From the NCBI RefSeq assembly GCF_001997385.1, contig NZ_CP019633.1, positions 930,001 through 962,000 on the forward strand: a stretch of 32,000 nucleotides of DNA. Direction: 5' to 3'. A model generated the notes under the pieces. It ran no database searches. It was not told the DNA's origin and saw nothing but the letters and a program-made list of their open reading frames with translations. Shown here piece after piece: positions 8,479-17,300 of the stretch (position 1 is its first letter; each line of letters begins with the position of its first letter). The position numbers were made by a program, and so were the translations under genes. This DNA is from Sedimentisphaera cyanobacteriorum. GTDB taxonomy: Bacteria; Planctomycetota; Phycisphaerae; Sedimentisphaerales; Sedimentisphaeraceae.

Positions 8479-9903
8479 ATGAAACGCAGTTTATTTGCAG
8501 CAGTTTTAGTTTCGCTGATTGTCCCTTTTTCGGCATTTTCAGCCGGCATGACCGACTCGTTCAGCAAGGTTGTTGAAAAAGTTAATCCGGCAGTGGTTTT
8601 TATTGAGGTTACTCAGGAACGTGAAGTGGTAAGCTCACCGTTCAAGGAATTCGACTGGATACCTTGGGATAGAGGACAGAGAGAAGCACCCGAAAAAGAG
8701 AAGCAGATCATCAAAGGCAGCGGCAGCGGAGCGATAATAGACGCTGAAAAAGGCTATGTACTCACTGCTGCGCATGTAATCAAGGATGTAGATGCTGCAG
8801 TTGTACACCTGCCGGACGGCAGAGAATTTGATGCTATAGATTTTATATACGACACACAAACCGATGTTGGCGTAGTTCAGATTGACACAGAAGGCGAAGA
8901 CCTGCCGGAAATTTCTTTTGGCGATTCTGACGAAGTGAAAGTTGGAGACTGGGTTCTCGCTATGGGCTCGCCTCTGGGCGAAACACTTGCAAATTCTGTA
9001 TCGGCCGGGATAGTAAGCGGAAAGGGAAGAAAAAGCGGCATCCTCGGCAAGCTGGGCATTGAAAACTTCATCCAGACCGATGCGGTTATCAACAAAGGAA
9101 ACAGCGGAGGCCCGCTTGTTAATACAAAAGGCAAGATCATAGGAATCAATTCAAACATCATCTCAAGAACAGGCTTTAATGCAGGGCTCGGCTTTGCGGT
9201 ACCGAGCAACATTGCCTCGGATGTGGTAGAAAAACTCATCACAGAAGGCGTAATCGTGCGCGGCTGGCTTGGGGTAACAGTATCTCCGCTGGATGCGATA
9301 GAAGATGAGGAAATGCTGGAAGATATCCCCGAACGCATCATGGACAGAGGCGGGGCATATATAGTTGATGTGTTAGATGATGGCCCTGCTGACGAGGGAG
9401 ATATGGAAGCCGGCGATATAGTGCTTTCTATCAACGGCGAAGAGATTAAAGATGCAAGCGAGCTAATTGAGATTATCAGCTCTATGGAGCCGGAAACTGA
9501 AGTTGAGATTCAAATCTTAAGAGACGGCGAAAAAGAAGAGCTGGAAGTTGTCCTCGGGATACGCCCGGGCACAGGACGTCAGGACGGAAAAGGCGTAGTT
9601 ACCGGCAAAGACAGAGAAACCGAATCGTTCAAGAAAATCGGAATCGCTATTGAAAAATACAACGAACAGGGCGAGGAAGACTTCTCCGATGGTGCTGTGG
9701 TTAGATACGTCCGTCCGGACTCAATCGCTGAGCAGTTCGGAATTGAAGTGGGCGATCGGATTATGGAAGTAAACGGAAAGAACTTCGATGAAGCCGAAGA
9801 TTTCCAGGAACTCATTGAAGACGCTGACCTTGAGGACGGGATACTGCTGAATGTAGTAACCAAGAAAGGCAAGGAAAGAAAAGTTTACCTCAAGGAATTC
9901 TAA
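8479..9903 (+). CDS. HtrA/DegP/DegQ-family periplasmic serine endoprotease with two PDZ domains
   Basis: The ORF opens with TTG at 8464, but the ATG at 8479 (MKRSLFAAVLVSLIVPFSAFSA signal peptide) follows AGGTAAAAGA. The trypsin-fold triad is LTAAHVI (His), DVGVVQI (Asp) and GNSGGPL (Ser). Two PDZ-like segments are present (GWLGVTV..., GDIVLSINGEEI; GIAIEK..., GDRIMEVNGKNF). Confidence 0.9.
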   Translation: MKRSLFAAVLVSLIVPFSAFSAGMTDSFSKVVEKVNPAVVFIEVTQEREVVSSPFKEFDWIPWDRGQREAPEKEKQIIKGSGSGAIIDAEKGYVLTAAHVIKDVDAAVVHLPDGREFDAIDFIYDTQTDVGVVQIDTEGEDLPEISFGDSDEVKVGDWVLAMGSPLGETLANSVSAGIVSGKGRKSGILGKLGIENFIQTDAVINKGNSGGPLVNTKGKIIGINSNIISRTGFNAGLGFAVPSNIASDVVEKLITEGVIVRGWLGVTVSPLDAIEDEEMLEDIPERIMDRGGAYIVDVLDDGPADEGDMEAGDIVLSINGEEIKDASELIEIISSMEPETEVEIQILRDGEKEELEVVLGIRPGTGRQDGKGVVTGKDRETESFKKIGIAIEKYNEQGEEDFSDGAVVRYVRPDSIAEQFGIEVGDRIMEVNGKNFDEAEDFQELIEDADLEDGILLNVVTKKGKERKVYLKEF

Positions 9904-9926
9904 CAGAAATTGATTATGAAGCCCAT

Positions 9927-9962
9927 AAGACGCATCGGTTTGAAGCTGATGCGTCTTTTTCT
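9927..9962 (+). terminator. Rho-independent terminator after the htrA-like gene
   Basis: Perfect 10-bp stem aagacgcatc (9927-9936) / gatgcgtctt (9948-9957), an 11-nt loop, then a T-run (tttttctt). Confidence 0.75.
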
Positions 9963-9971
9963 TATTAATCC

Positions 9972-9999
9972 TTGACATAGCTAAAAAATAATCTAAACT
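9972..9999 (+). promoter_or_regulatory. Putative sigma70-like promoter for the riboswitch-led transcript
   Basis: TTGACA (9972-9977), a 16-nt spacer, then TAAACT (9994-9999), about 30 nt upstream of riboswitch helix P1. Promoter consensus in this lineage is not known to me. Confidence 0.4.
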
Positions 10000-10027
10000 C
10001 CAAGCAGTCTTTGAAAATTGAAAATGT

Positions 10028-10173
10028 GCAATAGTTTAAGGGAACGCAGTGAAAAACTGCGACGGACGCGCCGCTGTGAGCGTTTCGGGTTGCCCGAAGA
10101 CTGCTTCATTAAGCCACTGCCAAAGGCGGGAAGGCGAAGCAGTTATACGCAAGTCAGAAAACCTTTCTATTGC
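10028..10173 (+). promoter_or_regulatory. Cobalamin (B12) riboswitch aptamer
   Basis: P1 helix is gcaatag (10028-10034) paired with ctattgc (10167-10173). Conserved cobalamin-riboswitch blocks appear in order: AAGGGAA, GCAGTGAAAAACTGC (GGTGAAAATCC-like), CGCCGCTGT, GCCACTG, GGGAAGGC, and the B12-box-like AAGTCAGAAAACCT. Confidence 0.85.
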
Positions 10174-10241
10174 TTTAATGCTTGTTCTCGCGTTACAGGA
10201 CAGAGGCATATTAAAACATTATGTGAAAATTGTTTTTAATA

Positions 10242-10280
10242 AGGCCTTGTTCTCTTTGCGGGAGCAGGGCCTTTTTTATT
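10242..10280 (+). terminator. Riboswitch expression-platform intrinsic terminator (attenuator)
   Basis: 13-bp stem (3 G-U pairs) aggccttgttctc (10242-10254) / gggagcagggcct (10260-10272), loop tttgc, then ttttt-a-tt. It lies between the aptamer and the ATG at 10308. Confidence 0.7.
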
Positions 10281-10307
10281 AACTTTTTCCATAAGGAACG
10301 TGTATCT

Positions 10308-11600
10308 ATGAAAAATTTTATTGTAATGTTTTGTCTTTGTTTTGTTGGCGGAGTGCTTGCAGAAGACCCAAACACAGTTGTCTGTGATGAAATCATTGGA
10401 AGCGGAAACTCAATCTGCTACCTATCGATCGATTTCGATACAGACCTCAGCAATGATGATGTAACCTACGGCTATATGTTTGAAGCCGGCCAAAGCGTAA
10501 CAGGGCTCGATGTGATCGATGCGTTAGCTGCTGAGGGTGTGATTGAATGTGATTACACAATTAGCACTTACGGCGCATTTATTACTCGATTCGCAGCGGG
10601 CGGAAGAGATTATGAGGCTGTCTGGGGCTCACAGGCTCAGCAATGGTGGGCATACTACACCTCCGAAGACGGGCAGAACTACTCCCAGAGCTTCACAGGA
10701 GCGGCTTCGAGAACGCTTTCCGACGGCGATTTCGACAAATGGGTTTATACAATCGAAGGCACAAGTGATTTCGGTATGTGGGTTACCGATACTAACGGAG
10801 ATTTTGACGGGTCAACCTACAAAAAACCGGAGAATATTACAGGCAAACCGGCAAGCTCTTTCTTTGATTCATGGTCCGGACAAACTCGGCTGACGAAGGT
10901 TGTGGAAGCACCTTACGGCGAAAACACCCTGCTTTCTGTCAATGAAGGAGAGTATGCTGTCGTAAAATTTGACCACAAGGTTATGGACGACCCTTCAAAC
11001 CCATACGGGAAAGATTTCATTCTTTTCGGGAACGCTTTCTACACCTGTGAGTCCGGCTGGGTGGATGATGACAGCGATATGTCTGAGTTTTATACAAGCG
11101 GGGGTATCTGGAGCGAAGAAATTACAGTTTCTGTAAGCAAAGACGGAGAGAACTGGTACACCTACAGCTCAGGCCCGTTTGCAGACGGAGAATTCCCCAC
11201 ACAGGGCTTTCACTGGGATCAGGACAAATACGACAGCGAAGGGTATGGCTGGACATCCATTGAGAAAGACTTCACTCAGCCAGTTGACCCATCAATCAAA
11301 GACACACTCCTCGACGGAAGCACTGTGGATATTGCAAGCATTATAGATGCTTACGGCACCAGCGGAGGCGGCACCGCATTCGACCTTCAGGAAAGCGGCT
11401 TTGACTGGATTAAGTATATAAAAATCGAAGGCAGCGGCGGCGAAATTGATGCAGTTGCTGATGTAACCTACTGCGGCGATGCTCAGCATCCTCAGCCTGC
11501 AGGCGATGTTACTGGAGACTGCCGGGTTAACATTGAAGATTTCGCTCAGATGGCAGCAGACTGGATGAGCTGCACTTGGGGCTGCCAAGACCTGCAATAA
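10308..11600 (+). CDS. Secreted protein: N-terminal transcobalamin-like/DUF4430-like domain, central beta-rich domain, C-terminal dockerin/EF-hand-like repeat
   Basis: The ORF track starts at TTG 10230, inside the terminator hairpin. I prefer ATG 10308 with an AAGGAA RBS at 10293-10298 and signal peptide MKNFIVMFCLCFVGGVLA. Residues about 35-150 (SVTGLDVIDALAAEG...YGAFITRFAAGG...WWAYYTSEDGQNYSQSFTGAASRTLSDGDFDKWVY) follow the DUF4430 pattern (G.F...I.G...W.Y..NG......GA....L.DGD.i.W.Y). The C-terminus is GDVTGDCRVNIEDFAQMAADW. Confidence 0.8.
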   Translation: MKNFIVMFCLCFVGGVLAEDPNTVVCDEIIGSGNSICYLSIDFDTDLSNDDVTYGYMFEAGQSVTGLDVIDALAAEGVIECDYTISTYGAFITRFAAGGRDYEAVWGSQAQQWWAYYTSEDGQNYSQSFTGAASRTLSDGDFDKWVYTIEGTSDFGMWVTDTNGDFDGSTYKKPENITGKPASSFFDSWSGQTRLTKVVEAPYGENTLLSVNEGEYAVVKFDHKVMDDPSNPYGKDFILFGNAFYTCESGWVDDDSDMSEFYTSGGIWSEEITVSVSKDGENWYTYSSGPFADGEFPTQGFHWDQDKYDSEGYGWTSIEKDFTQPVDPSIKDTLLDGSTVDIASIIDAYGTSGGGTAFDLQESGFDWIKYIKIEGSGGEIDAVADVTYCGDAQHPQPAGDVTGDCRVNIEDFAQMAADWMSCTWGCQDLQ

Positions 11601-11655
11601 AAACTCAATTAACATATCTCAGGGAGCGGATACTTATCTGCTCCCTAATATTTAT

Positions 11656-12411
11656 ATGAACAGAAGACTAAAAAATCAGGGATTTACGCTCATCGAGCTT
11701 TTGACAGTAACAGCTGTTATCGGAATGCTGATTGCATTATTACTTCCAGCTCTGAACAAGGCAAGGCAGGAGGCTAAATCTTCTGTATGCAGGAACAAGC
11801 TCAGACAGATGTCCTTAGCTGCCAGCGCTTACAACAACACCTATGACGGCTATTTCCCCCCTGCTTACGACTTCAAGAAAACTGATTCCGGATTTTTAAA
11901 CATAAACTGGGATTTCATAATAGAAAATTCAACCAAAATTAAACCCGGACTGCTGTGGATGGGAGAAAGTCAGCCCGAGATTCAGCAGTGCCCTTCATTC
12001 AAAGGAAATTCCAACACACCGTCAGACATATACACAGGCTACAATTACAATACAAGCTATATAGGCCGAGGGGCGAATGAAACAATAAGCAGACCGGCTA
12101 AAATTGAAGAAATAAGCCGCCCTTATCGTTGTGCTGTTTTTGGAGATGGTGAATTTTCCGGCGGGGCTAACAAGTTTATGCGAAGCCCTGAGCCAAGCAG
12201 ATTCGACAAGTCTTTCAGCGGAAGAAACGCAGGCACGCAAGGTTTCAGGCATAACGGAAAAACCAGCATTGTCTGGGCAGACGGCCACGCAAGCTCACAG
12301 CGAAAATGTTTTGCTGAAAGAAGCGATGCAAGCAGAAGCGATATAGAAAACATTGCTGAAGGCACAGGATTTTTGTCCGCAGACAACTCTGCATACAGCC
12401 TGAAAAAATAA
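11656..12411 (+). CDS. Prepilin-type N-terminal cleavage/methylation domain protein, DUF1559 (H-X9-DG) family pseudopilin-like
   Basis: The N-terminus QGFTLIELLTVTAVIGMLIALLLPAL is a class III signal (G|FTLIEL). The C-terminal H-NGKTSIVWA-DG is an exact H-X9-DG motif. Confidence 0.9.
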   Translation: MNRRLKNQGFTLIELLTVTAVIGMLIALLLPALNKARQEAKSSVCRNKLRQMSLAASAYNNTYDGYFPPAYDFKKTDSGFLNINWDFIIENSTKIKPGLLWMGESQPEIQQCPSFKGNSNTPSDIYTGYNYNTSYIGRGANETISRPAKIEEISRPYRCAVFGDGEFSGGANKFMRSPEPSRFDKSFSGRNAGTQGFRHNGKTSIVWADGHASSQRKCFAERSDASRSDIENIAEGTGFLSADNSAYSLKK

Positions 12412-12441
12412 AAGGCCGCCCAAAAAAAACAGACGGCCTTT
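12411..12441. terminator. Hairpin between convergent genes, likely terminator (better T-tract for the minus-strand operon)
   Basis: Stem aaaggccg (12411-12418) / cggccttt (12434-12441) with an A-rich 15-nt loop. Read on the minus strand the stem is followed by tatttttt. On the plus strand the trailing T-run is weak. Confidence 0.55.
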
Positions 12442-12464
12442 ATCTAAACAATTATGAAAGGGTC

Positions 12465-12842
12465 TCAGTCTGCCTTAATATCATGGTTTAAGCCGATAGA
12501 CTTATTGTAAGTATTGAAAAGGCTCATCATCGAAGCCATCTCTATGGCTGCTGTAATTTCTTCATCAGTTATGCCCTGCTGCTTGGCAAGAGCTCTGTGG
12601 GCATCGATGCAGTAGCTGCAACCATTAGCCGCGCTCACAGCAATCGCTATAAGCTCTTTGGTTTTTCCATCCAGCCCAGACCCAGCGGTTTCCATAACCT
12701 TCAAAACGCCTTCGAGGAAATTGCCGTTTCTGCCCATAGCCTGAAAGGTTTCGGGCACGAATCCAAAATTCTTTTCCAGATTATTTTGAATCTCGACAGC
12801 CTTTTCATCTCCTGTTTTGTTGTAAAGTTTTGTAATAGCCAT
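12465..12842 (-). CDS. Carboxymuconolactone decarboxylase / AhpD-like family protein (CxxC)
   Basis: 125 aa. The AhpD-core signature is AIAVSAANGCSYCIDAH (C-x-x-C-x-x-x-H). An AAGGGAAAC RBS sits in the 12-nt gap after the upstream stop. Confidence 0.8.
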   Translation of the reverse strand: MAITKLYNKTGDEKAVEIQNNLEKNFGFVPETFQAMGRNGNFLEGVLKVMETAGSGLDGKTKELIAIAVSAANGCSYCIDAHRALAKQQGITDEEITAAIEMASMMSLFNTYNKSIGLNHDIKAD

Positions 12843-12854
12843 AAATGTTTCCCT

Positions 12855-13625
12855 TTATAAATATTGATATTTTAGTACAGCTTTATAAACCCCGTTGAGC
12901 CGATCTGAACAGACCTTTGATGGAGGGAAGTCGGTATTGCGAGGCTGAAGCCTAATACTTCCCTCATTTTCATAATATACTCTCTTAAAGGTAGCCTCAA
13001 AAGGGTCTTTGAATCTTACGAAGCAGTCATCACCGTTGTTCACAGCTCTTGAAGGCGAGAAGACCACAATATCTCCCTCGGAGTATTCGGGCATCATTGA
13101 ATCCCCCACCACCCTCACAGCAAAAGCGTTTGGATCGTTCAGCCCTGGGCAATTGATGTATTCATCAGCAAAGCCGGCAGGGTAAGACAAATCCCCAAAC
13201 TCAGCCGGATAGCCGGCACTGACTTTATTGATTACAGGAATAACCCCGGAAACACTGTTGCTGCGAAAATCTTTTATGTCTAAATGATGCTTCTCGAGAA
13301 ACTGCCTAACCTGTCCGGTATTATCTTCCTGGAGCATTTCAGAAAGAATCCGCCTGAACCTTTCATTTTCCACAAATGAACCTTCGATCTGGTCTCTCAA
13401 AGGCATAGGCATTTTTTTCATCTCGGCCAGATATAACAGCTCGCCCCTGTCAAAACCAAGCAGGTCTTCCAGTTTCGTCAAAAATTCCTGCCCGGGAGGA
13501 TTGCGGACTTTCCCTGTTTCAACGGTGGATATATACGGCTTTGAATAGCCGATCTTCTCGCTTACTGCGTCGAGTGTAAGCCCAAGTTCTTTCCTTCTCT
13601 TCCTTATTATCTTTCCAAGTACCAT
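12855..13625 (-). CDS. XRE-family HTH + peptidase S24 (LexA/CI-like) autocleavable transcriptional regulator
   Basis: 256 aa with an N-terminal HTH_XRE (IRKRRKELGLTLDAVSEKIGYSKPYISTVETGK). IPVINKVSAGYPAEF aligns with the LexA VAA-GEP scissile Ala-Gly region. S24 catalytic Ser is in VVGDSMMPEY and Lys in ATFKRVY. Confidence 0.85.
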   Translation of the reverse strand: MVLGKIIRKRRKELGLTLDAVSEKIGYSKPYISTVETGKVRNPPGQEFLTKLEDLLGFDRGELLYLAEMKKMPMPLRDQIEGSFVENERFRRILSEMLQEDNTGQVRQFLEKHHLDIKDFRSNSVSGVIPVINKVSAGYPAEFGDLSYPAGFADEYINCPGLNDPNAFAVRVVGDSMMPEYSEGDIVVFSPSRAVNNGDDCFVRFKDPFEATFKRVYYENEGSIRLQPRNTDFPPSKVCSDRLNGVYKAVLKYQYL

Positions 13626-13644
13626 CGTTTTCCCGCTATGCTTT

Positions 13645-14343
13645 TCAATGAAAGTTTATGCAGAAGAAAGTTAAAATAAAACCATTACTTACCATATAAT
13701 CATAATAGAAACAGACGCCTGAATCACGTAAAAAATTTTTTTGCATATAATTTGAATTCGGCAGAATCTTAACAGCCCCGTTATTGCGGTAATCAAGTAT
13801 GATCTCGTCAAAATTCATAAACCTGTCTTCAATATTCCCGAAACACTTGCCAACAGATTCCCTCAGAGAAAATGATATCCCCGCCCTTTGCTTGCTGCGG
13901 TCTGAAACAATCTGGCAGTATTCCCTGTGAGGAAGAAAATTTTTCAAATCTTCTGCGTCTATATCGTTCAAAAGCTCCATATCCGCCCCTATGCTTTTGA
14001 AACTGCTTTTCTGAGCAGCGGCTGCAAAAACCAGCCCGCCTGAATGGGAAATTGTACATGTTATACCGCTTGGGGCTTTAACGCTGCCGTTGGAGTTTAC
14101 AGTAAGGTCGCTGTAAGAGACTCTCATACTGGACAATATTTTTTTGAGCAGATGCCTGCCGGCAGAGAATTCCTCTAACCTCTTTTTTCGAGCGTCTTTG
14201 ACGGCCTCTCTCTCTAATGCAGAAAGCTCGCTGGTGTAGTCTGAAGATTGGGCAATCTCAAAACGAACATCAGAAGGGAGTATTTCTCTCCAGCTCTTAG
14301 CAAGGGCTCTTAGCATTTCAGTTTGCTTGGATAATCTGATCAA
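13645..14343 (-). CDS. 4'-phosphopantetheinyl transferase (Sfp/EntD type)
   Basis: 232 aa. EFSAGRHLLKKIL, TISHSGGLVFAAAA and IGADMELL (G-x-D-x-E) plus SLRESVGKCF (the position of the [FW]-x-x-KE-[SA]-x-x-K motif) match the EntD/Sfp layout. Start is ATG at 14343 (26-nt overlap with the NRPS 3' end) or ATG at 14316 (1 nt after the NRPS TGA). Confidence 0.75.
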   Translation of the reverse strand: MIRLSKQTEMLRALAKSWREILPSDVRFEIAQSSDYTSELSALEREAVKDARKKRLEEFSAGRHLLKKILSSMRVSYSDLTVNSNGSVKAPSGITCTISHSGGLVFAAAAQKSSFKSIGADMELLNDIDAEDLKNFLPHREYCQIVSDRSKQRAGISFSLRESVGKCFGNIEDRFMNFDEIILDYRNNGAVKILPNSNYMQKNFLRDSGVCFYYDYMVSNGFILTFFCINFH

Positions 14344-17300
14344 TTTTTCCCCTGATGAATGCCGGCAAAACTTTCGACTTCCTGATAATAAAACCGTGGT
14401 CGCCGGGAATCACTTTAAGCTCTACATTATTAACAAAATTCTTCCATCCAAGCGCAGCTCCCCTTAGAAGCCAATGCTCTCTTTCTGAAGCGGTGCAGAG
14501 TATTATATCCCCATCGTATTTATGTATTTTATGGGTTCTGGCGGCATTGAGATTCATCTTATAAACATCTTCTCTGTTTGAAACATATTTATTCTTGATT
14601 TCATCGTCCTGCCTGCTGAAATGCTCCCCTATAATCTCCTCCACGCTTTCAAACTGCTTATGCTTTTTCAGATAAGAAATAATAAACTTAAACATACCAA
14701 CAGGTCCAAGCGAGGCCAAATTCCAAGCTAAGTCAAAGTAGTAGGGCAGATTAATGTCAGCAGGAGGCATTGAGGGAACGTCCACCATAAGCAGCATACC
14801 TACCTTCCTGCCCATATCTTGGAGCATCTGAGCCATCTCATAAGCAATAAAGCCGCCAAAACACCATCCTAAAAGCAGATACGGGCCTTCAGGCTGAAAA
14901 TCAAGCAGCAGGTTTACGTAATACTCCGCCATCTCAGGAAGCGTTTTATGGGCTTTATTCAAATCAGACAGCCCGGCAGACTGGAATCCATAACAGGGCT
15001 GGTCTTTGCCAAGGTGATGAACCATATTTGCATAGCCGAGCACATCGCCGCTCAGCGAATGAATAAAATAAACAGGCAAACGCTGCCTGCTGCCTTTATT
15101 CAGCTCAACAAGGCATTTTTCCTCACTGCTGTCAGCACCCCCTGCGTTCTTAAAATCAAGAAAACCTGCCAAACCGGCTATTTCAGGATACTGAAGAATT
15201 TTTTCTATGCCAACGAACAGACCTCGTTCAGAAAGCAGGGAATCCATTTTTATCAGCATCAGCGAATGGCCGCCAAGGTCGAAGAAATTGTCATAAACGC
15301 CGAAATCGCTCCTTTCCAGAAGCTGCACCCAGATATCACGCAGCACTTCTTCCATAGGATTGCGAGGCATTACAATACCCGAACCAGCCTTTTCGCTCTG
15401 CGATAGCCCCTCTTGGGCACTTTTAAGCAAAGCATCACGGTCTGTCTTGCCGTTCTGGTTTAACGGAATTTTATCAATAGTGAAAATTTGAGCGGGCTGC
15501 ATATAATCCGGAAGTTTGCCTCTAATATAAGCACGCAGATCTTCTTCTTTGAAAGACTGCCGTTTTTCGGGAACCGCAAACAGCAGCAGTTTTTTTTCTG
15601 ACCCGGAGCTATCTGATGCAGCAACAGCCGCCTCTTTCACCCCGGCGTATTCCATAACAGCCTTCTCAATCTCCCCGGGCTCAACACGAAAACCGCGAAC
15701 CTGAATTTGAGAATCCTTCCGGTGAATGAACTCAAGATTCCCGTTTTCCTTTCTGCAAACTATATCACCTGTGCGATACATTCTCTCTGCCGGGTTAAAC
15801 GGGCTTTGGACAAATTTTTCTTTCGTCTCATCTTCAAGGCCGAGATAACCGCGAGCTACGCTTTTTCCGCTTATGCATAGCTCTCCCTGCCCGCCTTTAG
15901 CTGCAGGCTTTAGATCCGGACCTAATATATGAGCCTTATTCCCAGAAATCACATCACCTATATCGGGCAATTCGTCATTTCTTCCAGCTGGAGAAACCTT
16001 GCCGCAGGTTGCTATAACGGTGCATTCTGTAGGCCCGTATTCGTTGTACAAATCAAAACTCAACCCCTCAGGCGGGCGCTTGCTGAGTCTTTCGCCGCCG
16101 GTTTTAAGAACCTTTAGACTGCAATCACAAGGCCAATTTTCGAAAACTGCAAGCTCTGCAAGACGGGTAGTCATATCGCATATAGTTATTCGATTAGCGC
16201 AAAGCCAATCAATCAGTTTTTCGATATTGAAAATAATTCTCTCAGGCGGTATATGAACGCTTGCACCGGCCATAAGATAAGGCCAAATCTCGGAGACAGA
16301 TGTATCGAAACAAGTTCTTGCCAGATTGCTCGCTCTGTCTGAAAGAGAAATCTTGTAAAAATTCACCTGCCAGTTAATAAGGTTCTTTAGGCTGCGTCTT
16401 TCTACTTCAACCCCCTTCGGCCTTCCTGTGGAACCAGAAGTGTATATCACATAAGCAAGGCTCTCCTCTGAAACATCAGAACAAATCCGCTTTTGCCTCT
16501 CTTTGTTTTTCAATTGCTCTATATCAACATCTATAAAAGGCACTGCTTCCAATAATTTCTCATAATGCCGGTTTTTCGAGGCAAAAACGCAGGACACCTG
16601 AGCGTTTTGAATTATATAATTTATTCTCTCCTCAGGATAATCCGGATCTACAGGAACATACCCCCCTCCCGCTTTCAGCACAGCCAGCGCAGCTGCAGTA
16701 AATTCTATACCTCTGTCATACAAAACTGCGACCCTGCTGTCTGCCTTTACCCCGGCACTTATCAGCTTGGAGGCAAGCAGATCTGTTACCTTGTCCAGCT
16801 CTTGGTAAGTAAGATAATGTGAATAATCGCAAACAGCGGGTTTATCGGGATTCAATTCTGCATATTTGACAAAGCTTTTCGGAACTTCAAGCTCTGAGTC
16901 TTCTGTGCTAACGTTTTCTATATTCTCAAATGTGCTTGAAGGCAGAAAATCAGAAAGATTAGAGTTTGGTGAGGCAATTATCTTATCAGTTATCTCAAGC
17001 AGCTCATTGGAGAGTTTGCTGATTACAGAATAGTTGAAGATATTTGTATTGTATTCAAACCAGCCCTCAATAATTCCGTCTCGAGATTCGAGATCTAAGG
17101 TCAAATCAACTTTTGCGGTATTATTCCCAATATCATCAACACGTATTCTGCAGCTGCCCAATTCTGATTCCGGCGTATGAGCATTTTGAAAACTGAATAA
17201 ATGCTGAAAAACCGGATGAGCTGAAGGATACTTTACCAAATTCAGCTCCTGCACCAGATTTTCAAACGGGTAATTCTGATTTGTAAAGGCTTGAACGGTG

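Noticed and set aside
8877-9434. 185-aa minus-strand ORF inside the htrA-like gene
   Set aside because: It is antisense to a gene with an unambiguous protease triad and PDZ domains. The Ser/Pro-rich low-complexity translation is typical of a shadow ORF.
10181-10254. Repeated cttgttctc (10181-10189 and 10246-10254), considered as the riboswitch antiterminator
   Set aside because: Both copies lie on the same (5') side of the terminator's 3' arm. The upstream copy would form an alternative hairpin with that arm rather than a classical antiterminator. I cannot resolve the switching mechanism by eye.
10018-10282. Two overlapping small plus-strand ORFs (73 and 77 aa), and the TTG start at 10230 for the 456-aa ORF
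   Set aside because: The region folds as a cobalamin riboswitch plus terminator. The TTG start would place the first 26 codons inside the terminator hairpin. The ATG at 10308 has an RBS and begins a proper signal peptide.
11621-11646. 7-bp hairpin between the DUF4430-like gene and the pseudopilin gene, considered as a terminator
   Set aside because: No U-tract follows the stem (aatatttat, then the ATG), so I did not call it a terminator. It is mentioned only as possible processing or attenuation structure.
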